Below, one piece after another: positions 16,537 through 26,307 of a stretch of 51,432 nucleotides of DNA. The notes beneath the pieces are model-generated. The model saw only the letters and a program-made list of their open reading frames with translations, ran no database searches and was not told the DNA's origin. The position numbers and the translations under genes are program-made. Every line of letters begins with the position of its first letter. The stretch's first letter is position 1. The stretch comes from an uncultured Porphyrobacter sp. (lineage in GTDB: Bacteria; Pseudomonadota; Alphaproteobacteria; Sphingomonadales; Sphingomonadaceae): the NCBI GenBank assembly GCA_964543735.1, contig CAZJAG010000003.1:1-51432 (forward strand), read 5' to 3'.

Positions 16537-17337
16537 TCATGCAAAGCTCATCACAAGCGAGCCCATCAAGAGCGCCCAGCCATCGACAACGACGAACAAA
16601 AGCAGCTTAAAGGGGAGCGAGATGATTGTGGGTGAAAGCATCATCATACCCAGCGACATCAGCACGCTGGCGACCACAATATCGATCACCAGAAACGGCA
16701 GAAACAGCATGAAGCCGATTTGAAAGGCAGTCTCCAGCTCGCTTGTCACAAAGGCCGGCATCAGAATCGAGAAGGGGATGTCGGCTGGCGATGCAAAGCC
16801 TTCAACGCCTGCAATATCGGCAAACATGGTGAGGTTCGCCTCGCGCGTCTGGCGCAGCATAAATTCGCGAAACGGCTCGGCTGCTGCTGCAATAGCTGCA
16901 TCGGCTGAAAGGGTTCCGGCGACATAGGGCTCGATTGCGACAGTGTTCACAGCGCTCAAAGTTGGCCCCATCACAAACAGCGAGAGAAACAGCGCAAGGC
17001 CCGCCAGAACCTGATTGGGCGGGCTTTGCTGCAATCCCAGCGCTTGGCGCAAAATCGCCAAAACAATCAGAATGCGGGTGAAGCTCGTCATCATCAGCAC
17101 AAGCCCTGGCAACACCGTGAGCAAGCTCATCACCAGCAGCAATTGGAGCGAGAAGGAGAGCGGCTGGGACTGGTCAGCGGCGTCGCTGCCCAGCGCCTTC
17201 TCCATCGCCGCGCCTATGCCTTGCGCCGGATTGGCAGAGGCGGGCACGGAGGGCTGCGCGGCGAGCGGGTCAGCCAATCCGAACAACATCGCTGCAAAGG
17301 CGATGATGATCATAGTGTGGAGCGAGAAGAGGCGCAT
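16537..17337 (-). CDS. fliP: FliP
   Basis: MMTSFTRI, QQSPPNQ, PAFVTSEL, SLPFKLLLFVVVDGW; ATG overlaps the fliO stop. Confidence 0.96.
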   Translation of the reverse strand: MRLFSLHTMIIIAFAAMLFGLADPLAAQPSVPASANPAQGIGAAMEKALGSDAADQSQPLSFSLQLLLVMSLLTVLPGLVLMMTSFTRILIVLAILRQALGLQQSPPNQVLAGLALFLSLFVMGPTLSAVNTVAIEPYVAGTLSADAAIAAAAEPFREFMLRQTREANLTMFADIAGVEGFASPADIPFSILMPAFVTSELETAFQIGFMLFLPFLVIDIVVASVLMSLGMMMLSPTIISLPFKLLLFVVVDGWALLMGSLVMSFA

Positions 17338-17663
17338 TATTCGCCGCCTTCCGGCGCGGCGCTGGCGATGGGGTCGCGCGCGCATTTCACCGGATCATCA
17401 CGAGGATCAATTGGTACATCGGCTAGACGTGTTAGCCCCTGCCGTGTGCAGCCGATCAGCACCTCGCGTCCGCGAAACTCGATCACTGCCAGCCGCATCC
17501 CCGGCCCCAGAAAGACGCTCTCCGCCAGCCTGATCCGCCGTCCCTCTTCAGGAGCCGGATGAAGCCGCGATTGCACCACTTTGGTCAGTTTCAAACTGCC
17601 CCAGATCAACAGCGCAAGCAGCGGCAGCATCACAGCGAGCTTGAGGAAATAGCTCGCCATCAT
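17337..17663 (-). CDS. fliO: FliO
   Basis: N-terminal TM plus LGPGMRLAVIEF..LIG; lies between fliN and fliP. Confidence 0.85.
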   Translation of the reverse strand: MMASYFLKLAVMLPLLALLIWGSLKLTKVVQSRLHPAPEEGRRIRLAESVFLGPGMRLAVIEFRGREVLIGCTRQGLTRLADVPIDPRDDPVKCARDPIASAAPEGGE

Positions 17664-18055
17664 GGGACATTACCCTCACCATCGGGCCGCATTGGCACAT
17701 TGGGGTCAGGCATTTCCGGCGGGGTTTGCGCCGCAGGATTGGGTGCGGTTTGCGGGGGCGCAGCAACCGGCGCATCGGTTTGCCACTCATCCGCCTCGCT
17801 GCGCCTGCGATCACCGGCCAGCTCGACAATCCGCAAAGCAAAGCGCCCATCGCGCGCAATCACTTCAGCCTTCGCGATCAGCTCGCCATTGGCTGTCACA
17901 TCGAGCAATTCATCCGTTAACCGCTCAAGCGCGACGACGCTGCCCTCGGCAAGGCCGATCACTTGTTTCAAGGGCAATTGCGTACGCCCCAGCTCAACCG
18001 CGAGATTGACCTGCACATCGCCCAATCGGCCCAATGCACCCATATCGATTGTCAT
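17660..18055 (-). CDS. fliN: FliN
   Basis: DVQVNLAVELGRT, L.EGSVVAL, NGELIAKAEV; Pro-rich tail. Confidence 0.92.
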   Translation of the reverse strand: MTIDMGALGRLGDVQVNLAVELGRTQLPLKQVIGLAEGSVVALERLTDELLDVTANGELIAKAEVIARDGRFALRIVELAGDRRRSEADEWQTDAPVAAPPQTAPNPAAQTPPEMPDPNVPMRPDGEGNVP

Positions 18056-18067
18056 CGCGAATTTCCT

Positions 18068-18958
18068 TCAGCTAACCTGTGTGAGATTGAGCGCGACCCG
18101 CTCATCAAGAGTGCCGACAGCACCGCGCGCAATCGCCACATCGCCCACCATCAGCGGAACTTCGCGATTGGGAGCAAGCGGGATGCAATCGCCGGGTTTG
18201 AGATTGGCCAGCCGCGCCACGGGGAGCGACAGATTGGCAAGGACCGCGCAAATCGGCAGGGGCAGAAACGCCGCCGCACCGCTTTGCGCGCTTGCCTCTT
18301 CGGTGCTGTTTGCACTCGCCACATTGGCCGTAAAAGCGCTCTCGAACCGCTCGGCTGGAACAGCGATTGTCAAGGCGATTTCAACCGGCTCGGCTGCCTT
18401 GCTGTCGAGCGTGATTGTGACCGGCCATTGAAGGCACTCCTCGCCCTTGCCGAAGGCTGAGAGGCGCGAAGCATTCTCATGCCGCCGCACAAACCGCGCT
18501 TCTCCGCCAAGCTCGGCTGCCGCAGCAAAGACTTGAGCAAGCTGCGCGGACATTTGCTCCAGCACCAGCCAGCATGATGGCGGCAATGCCTCGACTTTCA
18601 TCTCTTTGGTTTTCGCATCCCCGCCAAAAGCGCGTTCGGTCAAAAGCAGCGCGGAAGGAAAATCGAGCGAGAGCTGAAGCGGCATTGGCTCTTCCCCGCA
18701 TTCCAGCAGGAAATTGGCAGCGCGCTTGCCAATCTGTTTGTTGAGCGCAGAGGGCATTAACGCCTCCGCCCCGCCGCAAGTCACCGCCAGACCCTTGCCC
18801 AAACCGGGCGCGAGAGAGCTTGCAAAAACCCGCTCCATTGCACTGGCGAAAGCGGCCAGTTCTGCATCGCGGTCCTCGTTTGAAACCTCAAGCGTGAACA
18901 GCTCTGCGCAATGCTGGGCAATGGGGCGTTCCGCCTCAAAAGAATGCTGCGGCATCAT
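18068..18958 (-). CDS. fliM: FliM-like switch protein (divergent)
   Basis: C-terminal SpoA domain LKPGDCIPL, central FGG; lies between fliL and fliN. Confidence 0.75.
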   Translation of the reverse strand: MMPQHSFEAERPIAQHCAELFTLEVSNEDRDAELAAFASAMERVFASSLAPGLGKGLAVTCGGAEALMPSALNKQIGKRAANFLLECGEEPMPLQLSLDFPSALLLTERAFGGDAKTKEMKVEALPPSCWLVLEQMSAQLAQVFAAAAELGGEARFVRRHENASRLSAFGKGEECLQWPVTITLDSKAAEPVEIALTIAVPAERFESAFTANVASANSTEEASAQSGAAAFLPLPICAVLANLSLPVARLANLKPGDCIPLAPNREVPLMVGDVAIARGAVGTLDERVALNLTQVS

Positions 18959-19551
18959 TGGATGAGAAACGCCTTGAAATGGACGGCATTGACGCCGCCA
19001 AAGCCCTCTTTCTCCTCCAGCGTGCGATTGATCGCGGCGGTCAGCCGCTCTTGCAATTCCTCTTTGCCATCGACCGAATTGAGCTTCTCTTCCTCGGTCA
19101 TCGCAAGCTCGGCCAGAATGGCAGAGCGCACCGCCAGCTCATGCTGCGCCAACCATTGCAGGATGCGCCCGTCACGATGGGTCGAGGCGGCTATCTCCAG
19201 CTGGATCAGCGCAGCCGAATTGTTGAGGTTGGAAGTGAAAGGTTCGGTGAAGCTGTAATAGGCGGTGCGATATTCGCTCCCGCCCTCGCCATGCACAAAA
19301 TCGCCCGCATCCTTGTCCTTTCCGTCTGATGGCGGGGCATAGGGATCATCCTCGCCCTTATAGACAAATTTGGGTGCGTTATCCTGCTTGCCCTCGCCCG
19401 TATCGCCGAGCAATCCGGCAGCAAACGCGCCATAGGCACCGCCCGCGCCCGCACCCAGCAGGACAAGGGCAAAGAGAATCATTTTGAGCGCGCCGCCCTT
19501 CGGCTTTGCCTCGCCATCTGCGTCTTTGTTTTTGTCTTTACCTTTGGCCAT
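18955..19551 (-). CDS. fliL: FliL
   Basis: N-terminal TM, PFTSNL, GKEEL, V.F..FLIQ. Confidence 0.9.
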   Translation of the reverse strand: MAKGKDKNKDADGEAKPKGGALKMILFALVLLGAGAGGAYGAFAAGLLGDTGEGKQDNAPKFVYKGEDDPYAPPSDGKDKDAGDFVHGEGGSEYRTAYYSFTEPFTSNLNNSAALIQLEIAASTHRDGRILQWLAQHELAVRSAILAELAMTEEEKLNSVDGKEELQERLTAAINRTLEEKEGFGGVNAVHFKAFLIQ

Positions 19552-19587
19552 GGAATGAAAGTGTCCTCAAAAACGGGGTCGAGTGGA

Positions 19588-20928
19588 TCAGGCGAACAGC
19601 TCGCCGGAACGGGTTGATAGGGTGCTTGTGACGGCCCGGGCATCACGCGCTCCAGCGTGCGCATCGCGCTGGCCTGACGAGCCGCTATCGCTCTCCGATT
19701 GGCCGTGCGGGTGATCCTGCCTGCCCTCGCCGCGCGCCTCTGAGCCATTGTGACGCGCCGCATTGTTCGCAGAGTTTTGCGCCGAATTGTTTTGGGACGG
19801 ATCATCCGATGTCTGGCGCTGGTTCGCAGCGGAACTATCGCTGGCCGCGACAACAACGCGCTCTGCCAAGGCTGATTGCGCTGCAAGCGAGAAGGCGGGA
19901 TCGCGGCTGGTGAGGCGCGCTTGCACATCATCATTGTCCGCTGCGATGCGCATATGCACCATGCCAAATTCGCCATGGCGAATGTGCATGTCACCGCGCG
20001 CGCTTTGCCCGGCCTCGCGCAGGGTGGAGATAGTCTCGACCAAGCGCTCGATTGGCTGGCTGTCGCGCACTGCGGGAGCGAGAGCTTCAGCCGTTGTGGG
20101 CGCGGGCTGGATCGGCTGTGCCGGAGCGTGCGCTGCTTGGGTCGGCGTTGCTTGAGTAGGCACAGGTGATGACGGGGAGGCCGTTTCAACCGCCCGTGCC
20201 GCCCCCGGAGCTTGCATTGCTGCAGCGCCATCGCGCGGCGAGCTTTCAGCCGCATCACTGCTCGCCGCCAATGCAGGGTCTGGCGCTGGAACAAGCGCTG
20301 CCTCGATCTGACGATGCAATTGCGTCTGGATCGGCACGGGAGCGGGCGGGATCTGATGGATCGCAGCGCGCGCGCTCGCCTCTTCACGCACAGTGGTTGT
20401 GGGGAGCTTCTGGTTTGTCAGATCGCTGGCTTGCTCAAGCTTGACCTTTAACGGATTGGGATGAGGATGGGGCAGATGCGCAATCGGGACAGCAAGCGCT
20501 GGCGGTGATGGAAGCGCTCGCTCATCAGGCATGGCAGACTTTGCTGTTTCGCGCGGCGTTTGCGCCACATTTTCAAGCTCGGCAAGTTGAGGGTCGATTA
20601 TTGCATGTTCTAACGAAGCATCTTCATCGCCCAAACCCAGCGGCAAGGAATTGCCGCCTTGTGCCGTGGATACCGGCAAACGACTGCCGCTTTCGGCAAA
20701 AGGCGGTGCGCTAGCGAGATCAAGCTGGGGCAGCTCCTCGGCTGACAACAAAGCTGCGAACACATCATCGCCCATTTCGCCCATAATAGGCTGCGCATCA
20801 GGTTCAGCCAGCACAGGGGCCTTCACGGGGGCCATTGAAGGCGAAAACCCCGCCTGCGCGCCGGTTTTGCCCGGTGGCATTGCATCGATTGCTGGCGAAG
20901 CTGGAATGGCAGGTGGCAGCAGGTGCAT
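19588..20928 (-). CDS. fliK: FliK-like hook-length control protein
   Basis: Pro/Ala-rich low-complexity body with C-terminal HGEFGMVHMRI; lies between fliJ and fliL. Confidence 0.65.
   Translation of the reverse strand: MHLLPPAIPASPAIDAMPPGKTGAQAGFSPSMAPVKAPVLAEPDAQPIMGEMGDDVFAALLSAEELPQLDLASAPPFAESGSRLPVSTAQGGNSLPLGLGDEDASLEHAIIDPQLAELENVAQTPRETAKSAMPDERALPSPPALAVPIAHLPHPHPNPLKVKLEQASDLTNQKLPTTTVREEASARAAIHQIPPAPVPIQTQLHRQIEAALVPAPDPALAASSDAAESSPRDGAAAMQAPGAARAVETASPSSPVPTQATPTQAAHAPAQPIQPAPTTAEALAPAVRDSQPIERLVETISTLREAGQSARGDMHIRHGEFGMVHMRIAADNDDVQARLTSRDPAFSLAAQSALAERVVVAASDSSAANQRQTSDDPSQNNSAQNSANNAARHNGSEARGEGRQDHPHGQSESDSGSSGQRDAHAGARDARAVTSTLSTRSGELFA
20641..20689. promoter_or_regulatory. 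Paired CGGCAA-N4-YTGCCG palindromes (putative intragenic FleQ enhancer)
   Basis: CGGCAAGGAATTGCCG at 20641-20656 and CGGCAAACGACTGCCG at 20674-20689. Confidence 0.5.
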
Positions 20929-21001
20929 CGGCGGCTTTCTTGTCTGGTCACCGCGCCCTTGGAACACAGGGCAGCGATGCGTGATTGGTCAGCAATTACT
21001 C

Positions 21002-21017
21002 TGCAATGCGCGTGCCA
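21002..21017 (-). promoter_or_regulatory. sigma54 promoter of the fliK-flhB operon
   Basis: TGGCAC-GCGCA-TTGCA. Confidence 0.8.
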
Positions 21018-21041
21018 GTTCGCGCGGATAAGGGGTGTTCC

Positions 21042-21314
21042 CTAGGCTCTGTTGACAGACTCTTTCAGGTCACGGCGCCCCGAGAAATGGTCAGATAGAG
21101 GAGCGAGGACGAATGGACATGCAGAGCATATTCAAGGACGAGCGACGTGTAGCTGGCCATTTCTCGGGGCGTCCCGAAGGGATTTGGCCAAAATTGGCCT
21201 TCAAGGCGTTGCGACCACTTGAAAGTGCCCTGCACTTCCCGCGTGATCGCGCCTTTTGAGATGCCAATTTTACCTCAAACCGTGATCCAGACAGGGTTTG
21301 TCAACAGAGCCTAG
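21042..21314. mobile_element. MITE (non-autonomous element, ~270 bp) in a CTAG site
   Basis: CTAGGCTCTGTTGACA at 21042-21057 with a perfect inverse at 21299-21314; internal stems 21074-21094/21153-21173 and about 21190-21208/21250-21271; no transposase. Confidence 0.88.
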
Positions 21315-21693
21315 CCAGCTGGGCACGCTCTTGTTCCGCCTCGAGAGTTTCCAATTGCTCGCCAATCGCCTCTGCCTGCGCATCAATCCGCGCAAGATTG
21401 TGCGCCGCTGTTTGCGAACGCGCCGCAGCTTCGAATTCCTGCCCGCGCGTCTGCATCGCAAGCGTGGCGAGCGAGCCAGACATGGAAAGGCTTGCTTGCA
21501 ACTGAGAGGCATCGCTGGCTTGCCGAGGATGCGAATATTGGCGCGCCAAATCTTCGCTCCGCTGGGCAAGCTGCATTAACCGCATTTCTTCGTCATGCGC
21601 CTCGGCCAGCGCGCGTTTGGCATCAATGGCGGCAATCGCGCGCACGCGCTTCATGAGGCGCAGCAGACCTTCGCGTTTGTTATTCGCTTGCAT
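21301..21693 (-). CDS. fliJ: FliJ-like chaperone; stop codon supplied by the MITE
   Basis: Coiled-coil 130 aa directly after fliI; assignment is mainly positional. Confidence 0.6.
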   Translation of the reverse strand: MQANNKREGLLRLMKRVRAIAAIDAKRALAEAHDEEMRLMQLAQRSEDLARQYSHPRQASDASQLQASLSMSGSLATLAMQTRGQEFEAAARSQTAAHNLARIDAQAEAIGEQLETLEAEQERAQLARLC

Positions 21694-23017
21694 TGTTGCC
21701 CGCGCCGCCCATCAGCTCTCCCAGAGCAGCGAAACTCCCGGCGAGCGTCTCTGGATCATCGGCGGATTGCTGCAAGAATGTCTGGCAAGCGGGCTTGAGC
21801 GCCAAAGCGCGGTCAAGCTGAGGGTCGGTTCCCTCCCGATAAGCGCCCAGCATGACCAGATCACGATTGCTTTGCTCCGCTGCGATGAGCGCGCGCAGCT
21901 CGCGCGCCTGATCACGGCGCTGGGGTGTGACAATTTGATCCATCACCCGGCTGAGCGAGCGCGGTATATCGATCGCGGGATAGTGCCCGCTTTGCGCCAG
22001 ATCGCGCGACAAAACGATATGTCCATCCAAGATCGCCCGCGCCGTATCGACAACCGGATCATTGGGATCATCACCATCGGCAAGCACTGTATAAACGCCT
22101 GTGACCGCGCCTCCGCTGGTTTGCGAATTGCCTGCCCGCTCGACAAGCTTGGTAATCGCTGCAAGCGCGGAAGGGGGATAGCCACGCGCAGCGCCCGGTT
22201 CGCCCAGCAACAAGCCGATCTCGCGCGCTGCATGAGCGACACGAGTAAGGCTGTCGAGCATCAGCAAAACGCGCTTGCCTTGCGCGCGGAAATATTCCGC
22301 CAGCGCGGCTGCATATTGCGCCCCGCGCAGGCGCAGGCTGGGTGCATGATCAGCTGGCACAGCGACTAGGACAGTGCGCGCCAATTGCGCGCCGCTCATA
22401 TGGCGAGCAACAAAATCGGATACTTCGCGCGCGCGCTCTCCGACAAGGCCGATCACAGCGACATCGCAATCGGCAAAGCCTGCAATCATGTCGATCAGCA
22501 CGGATTTGCCGACGCCTGATCCCGCCATCACGCCGATACGCTGGCCCACACCCATCGTGGTGAGCGCATTGATCGCGCGCACTCCGCAATCAAACGGCTC
22601 GATCACGCTGCTGCGTTCGAGCGCGGCCTCGCGCATTCCGCCCAAGGGCCAGCTTTCGCGCACATCGGGCGGCGGGCCGCCATCAATCGCAGCGCCGGTC
22701 GCATCAACTGCGCGGCCCAGCAAAGCAGGCCCGACCATCACTGACCCAGGCTCACCTTGGGCCCGAACGCGCGCACCCGGGCGCAGCATCACCATATCGC
22801 CCAGCACCAGCATCAGCGAATGGCCACTGCGAAATCCGATCACTTCGGCCATCACATTGTCAGGCTCGATCCGGCACAGCGTGCCAATCGGAACAGGCAG
22901 ACCGGACACTTCAACCAGCCCGCCATCGCAGCTGACCACGCGGCCTGTTTGAACAGGGCCAATATCAGGTGCACAGCTTGCCATGCGGTGCAGTTCCAGC
23001 TCGATTTCGGCTAGCAT
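21680..23017 (-). CDS. fliI: Flagellar export ATPase FliI
   Basis: AGSGVGKS, GERAREV, DSLTRVAHAAREIGL, ILDGHIVL. Confidence 0.96.
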   Translation of the reverse strand: MLAEIELELHRMASCAPDIGPVQTGRVVSCDGGLVEVSGLPVPIGTLCRIEPDNVMAEVIGFRSGHSLMLVLGDMVMLRPGARVRAQGEPGSVMVGPALLGRAVDATGAAIDGGPPPDVRESWPLGGMREAALERSSVIEPFDCGVRAINALTTMGVGQRIGVMAGSGVGKSVLIDMIAGFADCDVAVIGLVGERAREVSDFVARHMSGAQLARTVLVAVPADHAPSLRLRGAQYAAALAEYFRAQGKRVLLMLDSLTRVAHAAREIGLLLGEPGAARGYPPSALAAITKLVERAGNSQTSGGAVTGVYTVLADGDDPNDPVVDTARAILDGHIVLSRDLAQSGHYPAIDIPRSLSRVMDQIVTPQRRDQARELRALIAAEQSNRDLVMLGAYREGTDPQLDRALALKPACQTFLQQSADDPETLAGSFAALGELMGGAGNNASE

Positions 23018-23637
23018 TATATTGGGTGTCCAATCGCGCTGGCAATCGCAGCGCGCCATTCTTCCGGCCCGTCGCTCACTGCTCCATCTGCGCTTTCGAA
23101 CAGAATGCTGCCCCGCTCCATTTCAGGATCGGGCATGATACGCCATTGCTTGGCCCAATCCTGATCAAGAAACTCCGCATCATCGGGATGCAAATGAAGC
23201 GCGCAATCTTTTGCAGACGCGCCCAGCATTTCGGCTGCTTTGCGGCACCGCTGCGACAAAGCCTCAGGATCAATCGCAAAGGGCGCCATTGTCTCCTCGC
23301 ACAGGCTTTGCACCGTGCGCATCAGCGCTTGTTCAACCGCTTCGAGCGCGGCCTTGTCCATCTCGCCAAACCGCAATTGCAAGCGGCGGTAGGAGCTTTC
23401 ACGCGCATCGGACAATTCGCGCTCGGCTTCTCGCCCCGCTGCAAAGCCCGCGTTAAACGCTTCGGTCACAGCAGGGTCCGGCGCGGCCCCTTCCGCTTCC
23501 TCTTCAGCTGTGCGGTGCCAATGCGCAATGCCCGCTGCAAATCCCTTGCTCGGTTGCAAATGCTCCAGCCAGCTGGCGGTCAGTGCCGATTCATGGCCGG
23601 ATTCATGACCGGACTCAACGCCGGCTGTATCAGACAA
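23017..23637 (-). CDS. fliH: FliH
   Basis: AFNAGFAAG, LHLHPDD, D..MERG; probable TTG start after GGAGG overlapping the fliG end. Confidence 0.85.
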   Translation of the reverse strand: MSDTAGVESGHESGHESALTASWLEHLQPSKGFAAGIAHWHRTAEEEAEGAAPDPAVTEAFNAGFAAGREAERELSDARESSYRRLQLRFGEMDKAALEAVEQALMRTVQSLCEETMAPFAIDPEALSQRCRKAAEMLGASAKDCALHLHPDDAEFLDQDWAKQWRIMPDPEMERGSILFESADGAVSDGPEEWRAAIASAIGHPI

Positions 23638-24673
23638 AGTCGCCTCCGTCGCCGCCGCCTGCGCCAACCGAAATCTCGCCATCATCCGCCAGCTTGCGGG
23701 CAATCTCGACGATGGATTTCTGTGCTGCTTTCACTTCATCCTTCTTCACCCGTCCGCGCATCTCGATGTCATCGCGCACGCCATCAGCCGCGCGGCTGGA
23801 CATCGAAGCGAAGAACGGTTCGCGTTGCTCTTCAGGCAAGCCTTTGAGCGCATCGACCAGCGCATCACTCTCCACATCGCGCAGCAAGCGGCCCATCTCC
23901 AGCGGTTCCAGATCAAGCAGCATTTCGAAAGTGAACATCTCCGCCTCGATCTTGGCGGAAAGTTCGGCATCGCGCTCCTCAATCAGCGGAATGACCTTGC
24001 GGGCAATATCGCCCGAGGCGAGATTGATCAGATTGGCCGCTTCCTTCGGCCCGCCCATTTCCAGCGCTGCGGAGCCAAACTGGCTGCCGATTTGCGCTGA
24101 GAGTAAATGGTCGAGCATAGCGATGGCATCGGCGGAAACCGGCCCCATTCGGGCAATCCGCTCGACAATCATGGGCTGCATCGCCTCGTCCATCAGAGAG
24201 AGGATTTGCGCGGCATTTTCAGGATCCAGATTGAGCAGCAGAACAGCGATCACTTGCGGATGCTCCCCCTCGATCAGGCGCGCTGTGACAGAAGGCACCA
24301 GCCAGCGCGCAATCTCGAGCGAGCGCGGGCGTTCATCGGCATCGATCCGCTGCATCATGCTTTGCGCTTTCACATCACCCAAAGCCGAACCAAGGATTCC
24401 GCGCAAATGCGCACTGCGATCCTTGGCGGAGATAACTTCGCGTTCCGCTTCGCTGATAAAGCTGGCAATCGCTTCGCGAATGGCCTCGCCTTCGACATCG
24501 CCCAGCGCGCACATGCTTTCGCCGATTTGCTCCAGCTCGTCAGGCTCCATCGCGCCCAGCAATCCGGCTGCGTCTTCCTGCGCCAACAAGGTAAGGAAGA
24601 CCGCGGCCGCTTTCGCTCCGGTCATGTCATCGCGCTTGTTCTCGTCAGCGCCTTCTTCGGCAAGCTCGCTCAA
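23630..24673 (-). CDS. fliG: FliG
   Basis: KAAAVFL, EHPQVIA, MFTFE, ALKG, MSSRAA. Confidence 0.96.
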   Translation of the reverse strand: MSELAEEGADENKRDDMTGAKAAAVFLTLLAQEDAAGLLGAMEPDELEQIGESMCALGDVEGEAIREAIASFISEAEREVISAKDRSAHLRGILGSALGDVKAQSMMQRIDADERPRSLEIARWLVPSVTARLIEGEHPQVIAVLLLNLDPENAAQILSLMDEAMQPMIVERIARMGPVSADAIAMLDHLLSAQIGSQFGSAALEMGGPKEAANLINLASGDIARKVIPLIEERDAELSAKIEAEMFTFEMLLDLEPLEMGRLLRDVESDALVDALKGLPEEQREPFFASMSSRAADGVRDDIEMRGRVKKDEVKAAQKSIVEIARKLADDGEISVGAGGGDGGDFV

Positions 24674-26304
24674 TTTGCGCCCTCGCCTTCTTTGCGGGGA
24701 GCAGCCAGCATCCGCTGCAAGGCGGCAACTGCGCGCTCGGGCTGGGCAATAGCAAGCTGGCGCGCCAGCTCTACTTGGGTTGCAACATCCACTGGCTCGC
24801 TTGGTTCGTTGTCTCGCGAGCTGTCAGCCTCCTCGTCATCTTCGCTTTCCTCGTCCTCATCCTCACTCCCTGCAGGCGGCTTCAACCGTTTGAGGAGCGG
24901 GCGCACGCCGAAGAACAGCAACAGGATCAGCGCGAGGAATGCACCGCCATAACGAAGGCCCAGATCAAACCATTGGTTCTCATAAAAGGCAGGTTCTTCC
25001 TCGACCACTTCTTCAAAAGCGCTGGGAATAACCGCGACATTATCGCCGCGTTCCTCATCGGCGCCCACAGCTGCCGCGATCAGTTCTTGCAAGCTTTCCG
25101 CTGTCGCAGGCGCTATCGCTTCGAGCGCTTCCTCATCCACAGCAACCGCAACCGAGAGGCGCTGCAAACGGCCCGATGGCGATGTTGTAACAGACACTTC
25201 ACGATCAAGTTCGAAGCGGCGCTGCGCGCTTTCTTCTGTGTCGGTCGGCGGATCAGCTGCTGCGGCATTGGCATTGTCAGCTTCCGGAGCGCCCTCTTCC
25301 AAGTCAGCGGGCGGCGGCGGCGTGTTCGCCAAGACTCCAGGAACGCCGCCTGCCTGCTGGCCAGCACGGCGGGTGGCACTGGCGATATTCTCGCTGCGCA
25401 CTTTGCCTTCAGGTTCATAGCTTTCGCGCGCAGAGGTGACTTCGGATTGCTCAAGTGCGACCTGCACTTCGCTAGAGAAATTGCCCTCGCCCAACATCGG
25501 GGTAAGCAATTGCGCGATTTGGTCACGCAGTTTCGTTTCGAACTCGCGCTGCAGGACAAGCGCGTCGAGCGGGCCATTGCTTTCCTCTGACAACAGCCGC
25601 CCGTTCTGGTCAACCACGCGCACAGCATCGCTGGAAAGGCCGGGCACAGAGCCCGCCACCAGATTGACAATCGCTGCCACCTGATCCTGACCCAGCGTGC
25701 GGCCACGCTTGAGCCGCACCATGACAGAGGCGGTGGGCGGATTGTTCTGGCGGACAAAAACGGATCGTTCCGGAGTGGCCAAATGCACCCGGACTGAAGA
25801 AATCCCGTCTATCTCCATGATGGTCATCATCAGCTCGCGCTCGCGTGCCAATCGCAATCGCTCGCCTTCCATGGTGCGGCTTGCGCCCATCGGAATATTG
25901 TCGAGCATGTCGGTCGCACTGGGCGGCGCGGCCAGACCCGTGCTGCTCGCGACCAGCATTCGCGCGCGGTAGAGATCATCTTCTGCCACGCTGATGCGGC
26001 CTGTCGCGCTATCAATGGCATAGCCGATCCCGCCTGCTTCCAGCGCTTCGACCACTTCGGCCCGTTCGGCGTCGTTGAGATCGGTGTAAAGCGTGCGCTC
26101 AGGCCCTGCGGCCAAAGCCAGATAGGCAAGCCCCGCCAACACAATGAAAAGAAAGGCACCTGCCGCAGGCAGAACGCGTTTGGCAGAGGGGGATCCTGCC
26201 ATTTGCGTTATACGTTCTCCCCAGCTGCCAGGCCCGGGAACGAACTGACTGTCCGATCCAGTCTGCGCTGCGGCAGGTGCTACGGTGAGGGCAGTGTCAA
26301 CCAC
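24670..26304 (-). CDS. fliF: MS-ring protein FliF
   Basis: Two TMs, VRVHLATP..SVF, ASVMV, AIVNLVAGSVPGL, GGVPG. Confidence 0.96.
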   Translation of the reverse strand: MVDTALTVAPAAAQTGSDSQFVPGPGSWGERITQMAGSPSAKRVLPAAGAFLFIVLAGLAYLALAAGPERTLYTDLNDAERAEVVEALEAGGIGYAIDSATGRISVAEDDLYRARMLVASSTGLAAPPSATDMLDNIPMGASRTMEGERLRLARERELMMTIMEIDGISSVRVHLATPERSVFVRQNNPPTASVMVRLKRGRTLGQDQVAAIVNLVAGSVPGLSSDAVRVVDQNGRLLSEESNGPLDALVLQREFETKLRDQIAQLLTPMLGEGNFSSEVQVALEQSEVTSARESYEPEGKVRSENIASATRRAGQQAGGVPGVLANTPPPPADLEEGAPEADNANAAAADPPTDTEESAQRRFELDREVSVTTSPSGRLQRLSVAVAVDEEALEAIAPATAESLQELIAAAVGADEERGDNVAVIPSAFEEVVEEEPAFYENQWFDLGLRYGGAFLALILLLFFGVRPLLKRLKPPAGSEDEDEESEDDEEADSSRDNEPSEPVDVATQVELARQLAIAQPERAVAALQRMLAAPRKEGEGAN

Positions 26305-26307
26305 GCA

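Noticed and set aside
14339-26304. Non-flagellar type III secretion system
   Set aside because: Rod, hook, ring, filament and stator genes are all present and there is no secretin or needle gene.
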